Shown: positions 30,526 to 40,201, numbered from the stretch's first letter. The stretch: DNA of 64,000 bases from Anaerofustis sp. (GCA_041447245.1 JBGMEA010000012.1:282297-346296), one strand, 5' to 3'. The notes: a model not told the origin generated them from the sequence alone. Numbers and translations are program-made.

Positions 30526-31169
30526 CTACAATATGTTAATATAATCTTTATCTGAGATTGATGAAAAAAGCTCTTTTGCTCGGTCAATAATATTTTGCCT
30601 GAGTTCATAATCGATTTTGAGTAATTCCAAAAAAATGGAAGGAAGCTCATCAATTACCTCATCGGCAGTGACCTTCGATTCCTGATTATCAATGGAACGC
30701 AACACACTGCTGAATCCGCTGATGTAATAGAACATATACACACGCATTTCTTCAATGGAAAGCTTGCTGCTGAATGCCTGCACTTTTTCATCGATTAAGT
30801 TGACGAATTCGGGTACTTGTTCAGACATGGATCGTAAGGTTTGTGTCTGCTGAAATTCGGTAAAAAACCTCCGTTGTACCGGATCTTTTTGGACTTGACA
30901 TCCAATCAATTCGCGCAAAAGCAAAATAACCAGTGCATTCTTGTTCGACCCACCAACGTTAGAGATGAATTTTTCGACTTTTCGGAAATATTCCTGCATA
31001 ATACGGGAGGCCAATTCTTCCTTACTGGTGAAATACATGTAAAAGGAAGCTTGATTTCGAAATCCAATTTCTTTGCAGATCATTCGGATTGATGTTTTTG
31101 TGTAACCATACTCTTTAAATAATACTTTTGCACATTCCAGTATTTTCAGTTGCATTAATTCATTTTTTT
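30526..31169 (-). CDS. TetR/AcrR family transcriptional regulator
   Basis: HTH: LKILECAKVLFKEYGYTKTSIRMICKEIGFRNQASFYMYFTSKEEL. Start MATQKNE after CCGGAGGATCAA. Confidence 0.7.
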
Positions 31170-31252
31170 GGGTTGCCATTTGATCCTCCGGTATTTGCAT
31201 TATATCACGGAACGACGAAAAGAGACAACGTAATCAGGTTAGTGCAATCAAA

Positions 31253-31290
31253 CAAAAACAGATATGTGGTTACATATCTGTTTTGTTTTG
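31253..31290. terminator. bidirectional terminator after flotillin gene
   Basis: aaaacagatatgt-ggtta-catatctgtttt. Confidence 0.6.
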
Positions 31291-31298
31291 GTAGAATA

Positions 31299-32702
31299 CT
31301 ATTCTGTTGTTTCGACTTCGTCTGTTTTGGCGTCGGCGGATTCCGTCACCTGTTTCCCAAGGAATTCAGGTAACTGCATCCCGGTCATTTCAAACAGCTC
31401 GTTGATCGGCGGCAATGACTTCATCAGTCCCGAGAGGAAATTCGCTGTGGAGGTTTGTCCTCCCGTGCCCGCACCGCTGTCCCAAACCGTGACTTTGTCG
31501 AATTTGATGTTCTTGATCGCGTCGACCTGAATGGTGAGCAGTTGTTCCATCTTGTCGGCAAGCAACAGTCTGAGTGCGCTGTTCGGGTCGCCTCCCGCCG
31601 CTTCGACGATTTTTGAGAGCCCTTGTGCCTGACGGATCAGGATTTCCTGAGCACCGCGCGCTTCGGCTTCCATTTTCGCGTAGATCGCGTCCGCTTCCCC
31701 TTTTGCCTGACGTCTGGTTCGTTCCGCCTGCGCTTCCGCCTGGATTTCCACCTGACGTTTTGAGATTTCCGCCTGAACGATGACGTCCGCTTCCAAGGTT
31801 GCTTTTTCTTTCTGCGCACGTGCCACTTCGGCGAGTTGCTGCGCTGCATAGGATGCTTCCTGCGCCTGCGCTTCCTGAATCTTTTCCGCGGAAACCGCGA
31901 TCTTGAGCGATTCCGCCTGTTTTTCTCTCAGCTCCGCATCGGATGCCGCAATGGTGATTTTGGCTTCGTTTTCCCCCTGTATGGCAGAGGAGTTGGCTGC
32001 CGCTACCTGCACCCTTTCGTCCCTGTTCGCGTTTGCCTGACCGATTGCACCGTCTCTCTGTTTTTCCGCAACCGACTTTTTCGCGTCGTTGATCGCCTTT
32101 GCGGCTGCTTCCTGCCCGAGGGCATCGATGTAACCCGATTTGTCGTTGATGTCGGTTACGTTGACGTTGATCAGACGCAAACCGATTTTTCTCAGTTCCG
32201 TTTCAACGTTGCCGGAAATGGCTTCGAGGAACTTATCGCGGTCGGTGTTGATTTCTTCGATCTGCATGGTTGCGATGATGAGACGAAGCTGTCCGATGAT
32301 GATATCTTCGGCAAGCTGCTGCACTTCGTTTAAGCGAAGTCCGAGCAATCGTTCCGCCGCATTCTGCATGATGCCCTGTTCGGTCGAAATCCCGATGGTA
32401 AAACGGGAGGGGACATCGATACGGATGTTCTGTTTCGACAGCGCGTTTCTGAGATCAACGCTGATGGAAATCGGCGTCAGGTCGAGGAACGCATAGGCTT
32501 GAATGACCGGCCATACGAATGCCGCACCGCCGTGAATACAGCGGGAGGAACGCGTGGTGCCGTCCTTGTTGTTTCCTACGTTACCGTAGATGACCATGAT
32601 TTTGTCCGACGGGCATTTTTTGTATCTGCTGAGTACAACGATGAGCATCGAGAACAGCAGAATCGCAATGACCGAGATGAGAATAATGACGTATACTGGC
32701 AT
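31299..32702 (-). CDS. flotillin-like SPFH/band-7 protein (YqiK/FloT-like)
   Basis: N-terminal TM, SPFH domain, long Ala/Glu/Gln-rich coiled coil (AQAQEASYAAQQLAEVARAQKEKATLEAD...). Confidence 0.8.
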   Translation of the reverse strand: MPVYVIILISVIAILLFSMLIVVLSRYKKCPSDKIMVIYGNVGNNKDGTTRSSRCIHGGAAFVWPVIQAYAFLDLTPISISVDLRNALSKQNIRIDVPSRFTIGISTEQGIMQNAAERLLGLRLNEVQQLAEDIIIGQLRLIIATMQIEEINTDRDKFLEAISGNVETELRKIGLRLINVNVTDINDKSGYIDALGQEAAAKAINDAKKSVAEKQRDGAIGQANANRDERVQVAAANSSAIQGENEAKITIAASDAELREKQAESLKIAVSAEKIQEAQAQEASYAAQQLAEVARAQKEKATLEADVIVQAEISKRQVEIQAEAQAERTRRQAKGEADAIYAKMEAEARGAQEILIRQAQGLSKIVEAAGGDPNSALRLLLADKMEQLLTIQVDAIKNIKFDKVTVWDSGAGTGGQTSTANFLSGLMKSLPPINELFEMTGMQLPEFLGKQVTESADAKTDEVETTE

Positions 32703-32738
32703 TTTACAACTCCTTTGATGTGATTTTATTTGAATTTG

Positions 32739-33476
32739 TTATTTTTGCTTTCTTGCTCTGACCAACAGGGTTGTCGGGGAGGATAATCCCACGACCGTTA
32801 TTTCGCTGCCGGGCATCAGGTCGGATTCGTCATCCGTTACCGCGTCCGCTTCAATGTACTGTTCCTGAACCAACACATTTACCTTGCCGCGTCCGCTGCG
32901 TGCATGCGGCACTCTGAGGTAAACCGTCGCAGTTTTCCCTACGGCGTTTGCGAGATTGGTGGTGCCGTTGAATGCGAGTTTCATCGAGGCTTTCAGAATC
33001 CATGCCATGATGGTCATGGACGCAAGTCCCGCGGCAAAAGCGATGATGAAAGCGGGAACTTTTGCTACTCCCGATTGCAGACACGCCAGTCCGCTCCATC
33101 CGAAGATCGTAAAGAAGGCGATGAACCCTCTGACCGTAAAGAGCCGGAGCCCGTGATCTGCCAAAGACCCATCATGATCATGCTGATCGAAATGTCCGTC
33201 ATGCTGCACGTCGAAATTTCCGTCTCCGTCCATATCGTATGTGCCTGCGTGCATCGCAGAGTCGATGCCGTGCATATCGAACGTTGTGTCAAAATCCGCG
33301 GATGTATCTCCGATTTCCCCGTCCAACCCCGACACGTCCGAATCCGTCGATGCGTCGTGTCCCCCGAATCCGAGAATCAACATCACTGTCTGGATGATGA
33401 GTATGAGGGTTGATGGAACCGCGACGATTGCAAAAATCTGTTCGGTAATCGTTAAAGATTCCCACCATGCTACCAT
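32739..33476 (-). CDS. NfeD-family membrane protein (YqiJ-like flotillin partner) with His/Asp-rich insert
   Basis: TM helices flanking a DHDHDG/HD-rich segment; C-terminal OB-fold-like region. Immediately upstream of the flotillin gene. Confidence 0.7.
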   Translation of the reverse strand: MVAWWESLTITEQIFAIVAVPSTLILIIQTVMLILGFGGHDASTDSDVSGLDGEIGDTSADFDTTFDMHGIDSAMHAGTYDMDGDGNFDVQHDGHFDQHDHDGSLADHGLRLFTVRGFIAFFTIFGWSGLACLQSGVAKVPAFIIAFAAGLASMTIMAWILKASMKLAFNGTTNLANAVGKTATVYLRVPHARSGRGKVNVLVQEQYIEADAVTDDESDLMPGSEITVVGLSSPTTLLVRARKQK

Positions 33477-33592
33477 TGTTATTCACCATTTCTCCGGCAA
33501 GAGATTTTGTTTCGTGTCGTCTTTTGCCGGCAGAGACGACCGTATCGTTTATGTGTCATGTTACTGTTTATTATCGTAACGTATCGTTTTGA

Positions 33593-34147
33593 TTATCGGT
33601 AATCCAGTTCCGCATACAATTCCAGTGCCTGCTGGCGGATGCGGTGCGCCCGATACGCCGTAATCATGATGCGGAGCACTTCACACAGACGCTTTGCTCC
33701 GTCTTCGACCTCTCCGCAGAAGGATGCCGTGATTTCGGAAACCACGTCGTCCGGCTCTTCGCTGCCGTTTTCCTGCAGGGCTGCCAGACAATCCACGAAG
33801 TAGGAATACAGATCGCTGTCATCGATGATGTCATCCGAATCATCCGCGAGGACGCCGTTGATGTATCCGAGGACGTGCGCGGTTTGATCGAGCGTAAAGA
33901 TGTCTTTGAGTACATTGATGTTCAGAATGCGGCACAGTTGACTGCGCGTATATTTCTTTTGTACGGGAGGCGAGAGATAACCTCGTTTGACCCAATTCTG
34001 AATCACGTGGCCTTCCAATCCTGTCAGCTGGCTGATCTGTGATAACACAAGCCCTCCGCTGTAAAACATCGGGGTCAGAATCTGATCCGCAATTCCTGGG
34101 CTCAGATCGGTATCAACCGTTGTGCCGGGCAGTTTGGACACTCTCAT
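33593..34147 (-). CDS. hypothetical protein with MerR-like HTH (DUF1836-like)
   Basis: LSQISQLTGLEGHVIQNWVKRGYL helix-turn-helix; acidic C-terminal half. Confidence 0.45.
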   Translation of the reverse strand: MRVSKLPGTTVDTDLSPGIADQILTPMFYSGGLVLSQISQLTGLEGHVIQNWVKRGYLSPPVQKKYTRSQLCRILNINVLKDIFTLDQTAHVLGYINGVLADDSDDIIDDSDLYSYFVDCLAALQENGSEEPDDVVSEITASFCGEVEDGAKRLCEVLRIMITAYRAHRIRQQALELYAELDYR

Positions 34148-34272
34148 GGGAATGCCTCCTTTCGAGTTCGTTTGATTATTAATAATCTTGACATGATAAT
34201 ATCATATGGTCAAGTGATTGTCAATAGTCGTCATTTGAAATTATATTATTTTTCTATCGGTAATCTGCCCGA

Positions 34273-35172
34273 TTATTCCGTGGTTTCGGGAAACAGCATT
34301 GCGAATGCCTCCGCATCCGATGCCGCGTTCATTCTGACTGCCAGATTTCGCGAAGTATGCAGGAGATAATTTGCAATGAATCGGTCTTTGATCCGAAAGC
34401 GATGCAGGATGTCGGAACCGGCGCTGCGGAGCATCTCCGACTTTCGGCGGCTGTCCGACTCTTGCCAGATGGAAAAGAGCGAGAGGCGATCCTGTCGGTG
34501 CATCGAAAGCCCGTAGGGTTCTTTTCCACAGAGCGTAAGCCCGAGCGCTGCAAACGCTACGGGTTCATACAGATTGAGCGGAACTTCTTCATATCCGGGA
34601 TATAGAAAAGAATGCAGGGTATGCATCGCATGCGGATCAAAACGCAGACAGAATTCATTTTCCGCAATGATTCGGCTCAGCCATCCGCAGATGTAATCGA
34701 CTCCGCGCGCTTCGATGAGCGGGTGGGCGAGGGGATAATCGATTGAGCAGGGAATTTCGTGAGAAAAAAATTCCGCATCATACCGTCCGAAAAATGCGCC
34801 GATTTCCTTCAGGCTTTCGTGATAACAAACATTGTTCAATGTGAGTTTGGTTTCGATTGCTTTTCGGTAAAGACGGCTGCCCAGTTTGCACTTATTACGA
34901 ATCGCATCTTGCCCAATCGGAAACGCTTCGGTCACAGAATCCAATCGGATGCCGCGCTTTTCTGCTTCCCGCTTGCCGCAGCTGAGCGTATAGGCGACCG
35001 ATTCCGCCAGTTCGCGTGCCGTGTCGACGGGAACGGAACTGCTGTCGCCCGAGGTGTATCGCCGCACCCGGTTTGCGAGTAAGTCATAATATTCCATCTC
35101 CTGTTGTGATGCATCGCTTGCCCCCGACTGTTTTGCGGACTCCGATGGGATCATCCGATTTTTATCCATCAT
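34273..35172 (-). CDS. hypothetical protein
   Basis: 299-aa ORF. Its ATG overlaps the upstream stop as ATGA (translational coupling). Confidence 0.5.
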   Translation of the reverse strand: MMDKNRMIPSESAKQSGASDASQQEMEYYDLLANRVRRYTSGDSSSVPVDTARELAESVAYTLSCGKREAEKRGIRLDSVTEAFPIGQDAIRNKCKLGSRLYRKAIETKLTLNNVCYHESLKEIGAFFGRYDAEFFSHEIPCSIDYPLAHPLIEARGVDYICGWLSRIIAENEFCLRFDPHAMHTLHSFLYPGYEEVPLNLYEPVAFAALGLTLCGKEPYGLSMHRQDRLSLFSIWQESDSRRKSEMLRSAGSDILHRFRIKDRFIANYLLHTSRNLAVRMNAASDAEAFAMLFPETTE

Positions 35173-35639
35173 TTCTCCTCCGCGGCTTCTTCGAAGTATT
35201 TCGGCTCCCGATTGTTCATTGCGATCAGCGTTTCGGCATCCAGGTCAAGCACTGCCTGCACTTCGCCCCCGCAGAATCCATCAAATAATTTCTTCATAGA
35301 TTGGATCAGCTCGTCATCGGTCAGAAGATCATCGGTTGCGTTTTTCAGATAATAAAAGGCTTCCGTCAGTTGAGCGAGGGTCTCGGCATAGTTTTTCTGC
35401 GAAAGGTAAGGGGAGTCGCAGAATGCTTCGATGAGCGATCGGAAAATGCTTTCCCCGAATTCGACCCGTCCGCTTTCTTTCAGCGCATCGTTTCTGCGTA
35501 TGACGAGCATGACGGTATCTTCACGGTTCAGGCTCAGCCCATATTTTGCACTGACGGAATTGCATGCGAGAAGTGCGTCGGCGCTGCGCTCCGATGAGAA
35601 TGCCGTCAAATTCAAAAAATCATCCTGTTTGGTCATCAT
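35169..35639 (-). CDS. hypothetical protein
   Basis: 156-aa ORF, first gene of a three-gene minus-strand operon. Confidence 0.5.
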   Translation of the reverse strand: MMTKQDDFLNLTAFSSERSADALLACNSVSAKYGLSLNREDTVMLVIRRNDALKESGRVEFGESIFRSLIEAFCDSPYLSQKNYAETLAQLTEAFYYLKNATDDLLTDDELIQSMKKLFDGFCGGEVQAVLDLDAETLIAMNNREPKYFEEAAEEK

Positions 35640-35756
35640 CCACCTCCATCCGAACAGTATACTCCGATGCGCGCGGGAGGAACAGACTTGAATTTTTGCC
35701 GAAAATGTGGTAATATAATATCAGAAAAAACGAAAAAACTGTTCGAATTCGGGCAG

Positions 35757-35854
35757 TTTTGTTTTATGCGAACCTACCTGTATATGCTTTACGGAATGTG
35801 CATGATAGGAATGTTGAATCATGATGTAGGGAACGCGTATCACGCGTTCCGTGC
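35757..35854 (+). repeat. ~95-bp direct repeat, copy 1 (contains hairpin GGAACGCG-tatca-CGCGTTCC)
   Basis: ~95% identical to 36473..36566. Confidence 0.7.
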
Positions 35855-36106
35855 GATGCGATTCGTGAAATGTGCAATGCTTGGTTGTTTTCGGATGCGC
35901 ATGTTGGGGTGGATCGCATACTATGCGATCCCTGCATGGGGATGTTCGTTGTTTATATGTTTGTGAAAATATTATTTGGGATGATAAATTTTGTTAATAT
36001 AAAGTTTGCACTGTCACTTTAAAGATTTAATATTCACGTGATCAGTTACTATTTCATCTTGACCATATTGAAGCATTTTGTTAATATTTAATAAAAGGGA
36101 GGGCGT

Positions 36107-36445
36107 ATGAAGAGAATTGTAATACTACTATTGGTTGTGTGTATGATGGTAGGGCTGAGTGCCTGTGGTTCCAATTGGCATGACGATTTGCAGATTAATA
36201 TAAGGGATGACCATGCGGTTAATTTATTGGATGTTAGTATTAAAAATCAGTCAGAAAAAGAAATAACAGACGGAATGGTAGAGATTGAATTTGAATACAA
36301 AGGGTCAACATGGACTGTGTACCATTCGTTTAAAGACTTATCTCCATCAGATTCTTGTAGTATATTGATTTATGCCAGTAATAATTTCGATGATTATACA
36401 ATAAAAAAAGTGACATACGAAAAACAAGATCCAGTTACGAATTAA
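36107..36445 (+). CDS. small AT-rich lipoprotein
   Basis: Signal peptide with lipobox LSAC. RBS AAAAGGGAGGGCGT. Markedly lower GC than the flanks. Confidence 0.6.
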   Translation: MKRIVILLLVVCMMVGLSACGSNWHDDLQINIRDDHAVNLLDVSIKNQSEKEITDGMVEIEFEYKGSTWTVYHSFKDLSPSDSCSILIYASNNFDDYTIKKVTYEKQDPVTN

Positions 36446-36451
36446 CACAAC

Positions 36452-36478
36452 AAAAGAAGCCATGCGGCTTCTTTTGTT
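36452..36478 (+). terminator. rho-independent terminator after lipoprotein gene
   Basis: aaaagaagcc-atgc-ggcttctttt. Confidence 0.55.
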
Positions 36479-36566
36479 ATGCGAACCTACCTGTATATGC
36501 TTTACGGAATGTGTTTGATTGGAATGTTGCAGCATGATGTAGGGAACGCGTATCACGCGTTCCGTG
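36473..36566 (+). repeat. ~95-bp direct repeat, copy 2
   Basis: gttatgcgaacctacctgtatatgctttacggaatgtg...gtagggaacgcgtatcacgcgttccgtgc, matching 35757..35854 with 5 substitutions and one indel. Confidence 0.7.
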
Positions 36567-36733
36567 CCTTTCCGCTCCGCTGATGCGCCTCGTGACATGT
36601 CAACCTCATCGGTTCAGTGTGCTGTTTGACATTTTGCATCAACCGCTTGTCGGCGGGGTGACAAAACGGACAAAACAAGCCTCGGTTAAACCGAAGGCTT
36701 GTTTTATTAGACAGAATGATGATGGAATGTGAT

Positions 36734-36898
36734 TCAGTGGTTGTGTGTGCTGCATCCTGAGCAGCCATCACAGCCGCAGCCGCAGGATGAGCCTGCACGT
36801 TTCTTTTTGATCAATCCGACGACCACCCATGTGACGATGCCGAGCAGTGCGGCTCCGATGATGATCGTGGACAGATTGTCCGATATCAATGCAATCAT
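36734..36898 (-). CDS. FeoB-associated Cys-rich small membrane protein
   Basis: MIALISDNLSTIIIGAALLGIVTWVVVGLIKKKRAGSSCGCGCDGCSGCSTHNH: one TM plus a Cys-rich tail. RBS GGAGGAACATCAC. Not in the ORF track (<60 aa). Confidence 0.6.
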   Translation of the reverse strand: MIALISDNLSTIIIGAALLGIVTWVVVGLIKKKRAGSSCGCGCDGCSGCSTHNH

Positions 36899-36944
36899 GT
36901 GATGTTCCTCCTATCGATGGTTCTGTTTGTTAGGTTCTGATTTT

Positions 36945-39092
36945 TTATATGCAATCTGTTGCAGGACGCAGTTGTTTTTCTTTCGATGCGGGACGAAGCA
37001 GCAGATAGAGAAACAGGAATGCTGCTGCAAATGCCGCTGCGCTTGCCGCTGTGAACGGAGCCCCTTGCGCCAGAATGCCGAACTGATAGATGCAGAGTGA
37101 CACGACATAAGCGAATATGGTCTGATAGCCGATGGCAAACCATGTCCATTTTGCACTGTTCATTTCTCTGCGGATTGCTCCCATTGCCGCAAAGCACGGC
37201 GCACACAGCAGGTTGAATATCAGAAACGAATAGGCTGACAGTGCCGTAAAGGAGGCGGCGAGTGTGCCCCACAGCTCTGCTCCGTCTTCCGCGACTTCCG
37301 CGAACCCGTATAAAACACCCAACGTTCCGACGACGTTCTCTTTTGCAATCAGCCCCGTGAGCGCAGATACTGTCGCTCTCCAGTCACCCCAACCGAGCGG
37401 GGCGAAAATCGGGGCAAGAAATCCGCCGACAGCGGAAAGAAGTCCGTCATTCAGATTTTCCACCATGCCGAATCTTCCATCCACAATACCGAAATTGGAA
37501 GTGAACCATACCAGGATGACAGCCAGCAGGATAATGGTTCCTGCTTTACGGATAAATGACCAACCTCGTTCCCACATGCTGCGCAATACATTGACGGCGG
37601 TCGGCATGCGGTATGCAGGCAGTTCCATGACAAAAGGTGTCGCTTCCGAAGAAAACAACCGGGTTTTCTTCAGTATGATTCCCGAACAGAGAATGGCGGC
37701 AATCCCGATAAAATAGGCGCTCGGGGCGACCCACCAGGCTCCGCCGAACAGTGCTCCCGCAATCAGTGCAATGATCGGCAGTTTTGCCCCGCATGGGATG
37801 AATGTGGTCGTAATGATCGTCATTCTGCGGTCTCGGTCGTTTTCGATCGTTCTGGAAGCCATGATGCCGGGCACTCCGCAGCCCGATCCGATGAGCATCG
37901 GAATGAACGATTTGCCCGAGAGTCCGAATCGGCGGAAGATCCGATCCAAAATGAAGGCGACGCGCGCCATGTAACCGCATGATTCCAGAAATGCGAGAAA
38001 GGCAAACAGCAGAAGCATCTGCGGCACAAAACCGAGCACCGCGCCGACGCCGCCGATGATGCCGTCCACGATCAGTCCCGACAGCCACGGAGCCGTATGG
38101 ATTGCTTCAAAGAATCCTGCGGCAGCGGGGGTAATGATTCCGCCGAACAGAACGTCGTTTGTCCAGTCTGTGAGCCATGCCCCCACGGTCGATACCGAAA
38201 TGTAATATATCAGAAACATGACCGCTGCGAAAATTGGCAGAGCAAACCATCGGTTTGTCACGATGCGATCAATGCGGTCGGATGTTGAGAACTGCTGCTT
38301 GTTTTTCCGTTCGCAGCACGTGTCGATGATGGATGTGATATAGCGGTAGCGTTCGTCCGTGATGATGCTTTCCGCATCGTCGTCGTTTTCCTGTTCGCAG
38401 GTTCGGATATCCTGTTCGATATGATCCAGAATCTGCGGTTGAGCAGAAAAGGTTTTTCGCACCATTTCGTCGCGTTCAAACAGTTTGATGGCAGTCCACC
38501 TTTGACGTTCCTCCGGGACGAGCCCCTGAATTGCTTCTTCGATGTGAGCCAGTGCATGTTCCACGCTTCCCGCAAATTTATGTTTCGGGCTCATGGCTGT
38601 GGCATTCTGTGCAGCCTTCACAGCCGCATCGGCCGCTTCATTGATTCCGATTCCCTTCAGCGCGGATAGTTCCACCACGGGACATCCAAGCTCTTTTGCG
38701 AGGATTTCGCTATGAAGTTTGTCTCCGCTTTTTTCCAATGCATCCATCATATTCACTGCGACGATCATCGGGATGCCCAGTTCCGCGAGCTGTGTTGTCA
38801 GATACAGATTTCGTTCGAGATTGGTTCCGTCTATCATGTTCAAAATTGCGTCCGGTGCGGAATTCATCAGATAGTTTCTTGCGACAACTTCTTCGGGAGA
38901 ATACGGCGACAGGGAATAAATGCCGGGTAAGTCGGTGAGCGTTACGTCTTCGTAACGCTTCAGTTTGCCCTCTTTTTTTTCTACGGTAACTCCCGGCCAG
39001 TTCCCGACAAACTGATTGGAACCGGTCAGTGCATTGAACAGCGTTGTCTTGCCGCTGTTCGGATTACCTGCAAGTGCGATTCGTATTTGCAT
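36945..39092 (-). CDS. feoB: ferrous iron transporter B
   Basis: MQIRIALAGNPNSGKTTLFNALTG G-domain followed by a polytopic permease domain; 715 aa. Confidence 0.9.
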   Translation of the reverse strand: MQIRIALAGNPNSGKTTLFNALTGSNQFVGNWPGVTVEKKEGKLKRYEDVTLTDLPGIYSLSPYSPEEVVARNYLMNSAPDAILNMIDGTNLERNLYLTTQLAELGIPMIVAVNMMDALEKSGDKLHSEILAKELGCPVVELSALKGIGINEAADAAVKAAQNATAMSPKHKFAGSVEHALAHIEEAIQGLVPEERQRWTAIKLFERDEMVRKTFSAQPQILDHIEQDIRTCEQENDDDAESIITDERYRYITSIIDTCCERKNKQQFSTSDRIDRIVTNRWFALPIFAAVMFLIYYISVSTVGAWLTDWTNDVLFGGIITPAAAGFFEAIHTAPWLSGLIVDGIIGGVGAVLGFVPQMLLLFAFLAFLESCGYMARVAFILDRIFRRFGLSGKSFIPMLIGSGCGVPGIMASRTIENDRDRRMTIITTTFIPCGAKLPIIALIAGALFGGAWWVAPSAYFIGIAAILCSGIILKKTRLFSSEATPFVMELPAYRMPTAVNVLRSMWERGWSFIRKAGTIILLAVILVWFTSNFGIVDGRFGMVENLNDGLLSAVGGFLAPIFAPLGWGDWRATVSALTGLIAKENVVGTLGVLYGFAEVAEDGAELWGTLAASFTALSAYSFLIFNLLCAPCFAAMGAIRREMNSAKWTWFAIGYQTIFAYVVSLCIYQFGILAQGAPFTAASAAAFAAAFLFLYLLLRPASKEKQLRPATDCI

Positions 39093-39127
39093 CTTTGTCT
39101 CCTTTATAACAGAATGAAGTAAGGTTA

Positions 39128-39155
39128 TTAATGGTTAGTTTAGACTAACCATTAA
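39128..39155. promoter_or_regulatory. 28-bp perfect palindrome (DtxR-type metalloregulator box candidate) between feoA and feoB
   Basis: TTAATGGTTAGTTTAGACTAACCATTAA. Confidence 0.45.
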
Positions 39156-39193
39156 AGTAAAAATGAAACGGAAACTGAATTGTTCCCGTATGT

Positions 39194-39415
39194 TTATATC
39201 ACATGAATCAGTTCGGCATCCGCTTTACGTAAGGACAGTTCATAGCCTCTCACCGTGATTTCCACGGGATCTCCCAGCGGTGCCACTTTGCGGATGGTCA
39301 GAGAGGTTCCCTTGGTGATTCCCATATCCATGATGCGTCGTTTTACGGCTCCCGTGCCATCGATTTTTGATACCGTGACGGTTTGTCCGCAGGTTGCTTC
39401 TTTTAATGTTTGCAT
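39194..39415 (-). CDS. feoA: FeoA family protein
   Basis: 73-aa SH3-like FeoA (GQTVTVSKI...RRIMDMGITKGTSLTI). Confidence 0.75.
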   Translation of the reverse strand: MQTLKEATCGQTVTVSKIDGTGAVKRRIMDMGITKGTSLTIRKVAPLGDPVEITVRGYELSLRKADAELIHVI

Positions 39416-39443
39416 TTCAATACTCCTTGTCTTTCTATGCTAT

Positions 39444-39653
39444 CTATATCATAATTCTATTCGCCATTTCTTTGCTGATGGCGAGCCTGGATTCTTTGAT
39501 GTTGATGATGACATTTCCTCCGAGTTCATTGATGAGCGTGACCGGACTTCCCATTGTCAGACCGAGTGAGGCCAGAAACTGAACGGTTTCTTTTTTCCCC
39601 GTAATTTTTTTAATTTGATTTTGTTCTCCTTTTTTAGCCATGCTGAGCGGCAT
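39444..39653 (-). CDS. feoA: FeoA family protein (second copy)
   Basis: FeoA-like (KKITGKKETVQFLASLGLTMGSPVTLI). Start MPLSMAKK after AAAGGAG. Confidence 0.65.
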   Translation of the reverse strand: MPLSMAKKGEQNQIKKITGKKETVQFLASLGLTMGSPVTLINELGGNVIINIKESRLAISKEMANRIMI

Positions 39654-39687
39654 CACAGTCTGCTCCTTTCGTAGCGATAAATTCAAG

Positions 39688-39727
39688 TTAGTTTAAACTA
39701 ACTACGTGTAGGTTAGCATAAGCTAAC
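39688..39727. promoter_or_regulatory. two adjacent palindromic DtxR/IdeR-like boxes in the divergent feoA / dtxR-like promoter region
   Basis: GTTAGTTTAAACTAAC (39688-39703) and TAGGTTAGCATAAGCTAAC (39709-39727). The latter resembles the TTAGGTTAGCCTAACCTAA DtxR consensus. Confidence 0.45.
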
Positions 39728-39823
39728 TTTATTGTCAATAGATTTTGCGAAAGTTATCGGATAGAGCTTTTGTTTTCCGGGAAAAAATCATATGATAATA
39801 CTATGTCAAAGGAATCGGAGAAG

Positions 39824-40201
39824 ATGATGGAATTGCATGAATCGGCGGAAATGTACCTGGAAACCATCCTTTATCTGCAAGAAGAACACAGCGGTGTCCG
39901 TTCGGTGGATGTGGCAAATGCACTGAACTACAAAAAATCCAGCGTCAGTGTCGCTCTGAAAAAACTGAGAGAAAACGGGTATCTCGAAACGGACAGCGAG
40001 GGATTTCTATTCCTGACCCAAACGGGGATGCGCATCGCGGAAACAATGGATGAGCGGCACAGAATGTTTGCCGACTGGCTCGAATTTCTGGGAGTGAAAA
40101 AAGAAATCGCACTGCGGGACGCCTGCAAAATCGAGCACGTCATCAGTGCGGAAAGTTTTGACGCGATCAAAAAACATGTCGCACTGAAACCTCAGAAATA
40201 A
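39824..40201 (+). CDS. DtxR/MntR family metal-dependent transcriptional repressor
   Basis: MMELHESAEMYLETILYLQEE...VDVANALNYKKSSVSVALKKLRENGYL is a DtxR-type N-terminal HTH plus metal-binding helix. Divergent from the feo operon. Confidence 0.7.
   Translation: MMELHESAEMYLETILYLQEEHSGVRSVDVANALNYKKSSVSVALKKLRENGYLETDSEGFLFLTQTGMRIAETMDERHRMFADWLEFLGVKKEIALRDACKIEHVISAESFDAIKKHVALKPQK

Noticed and set aside
35667-35966. 99-aa ORF running through repeat copy 1
   Set aside because: Only its first ~33 codons are shared with repeat copy 2. The remainder is unconserved Cys/Trp-rich sequence. Treated as part of the repeat finding rather than as a gene.
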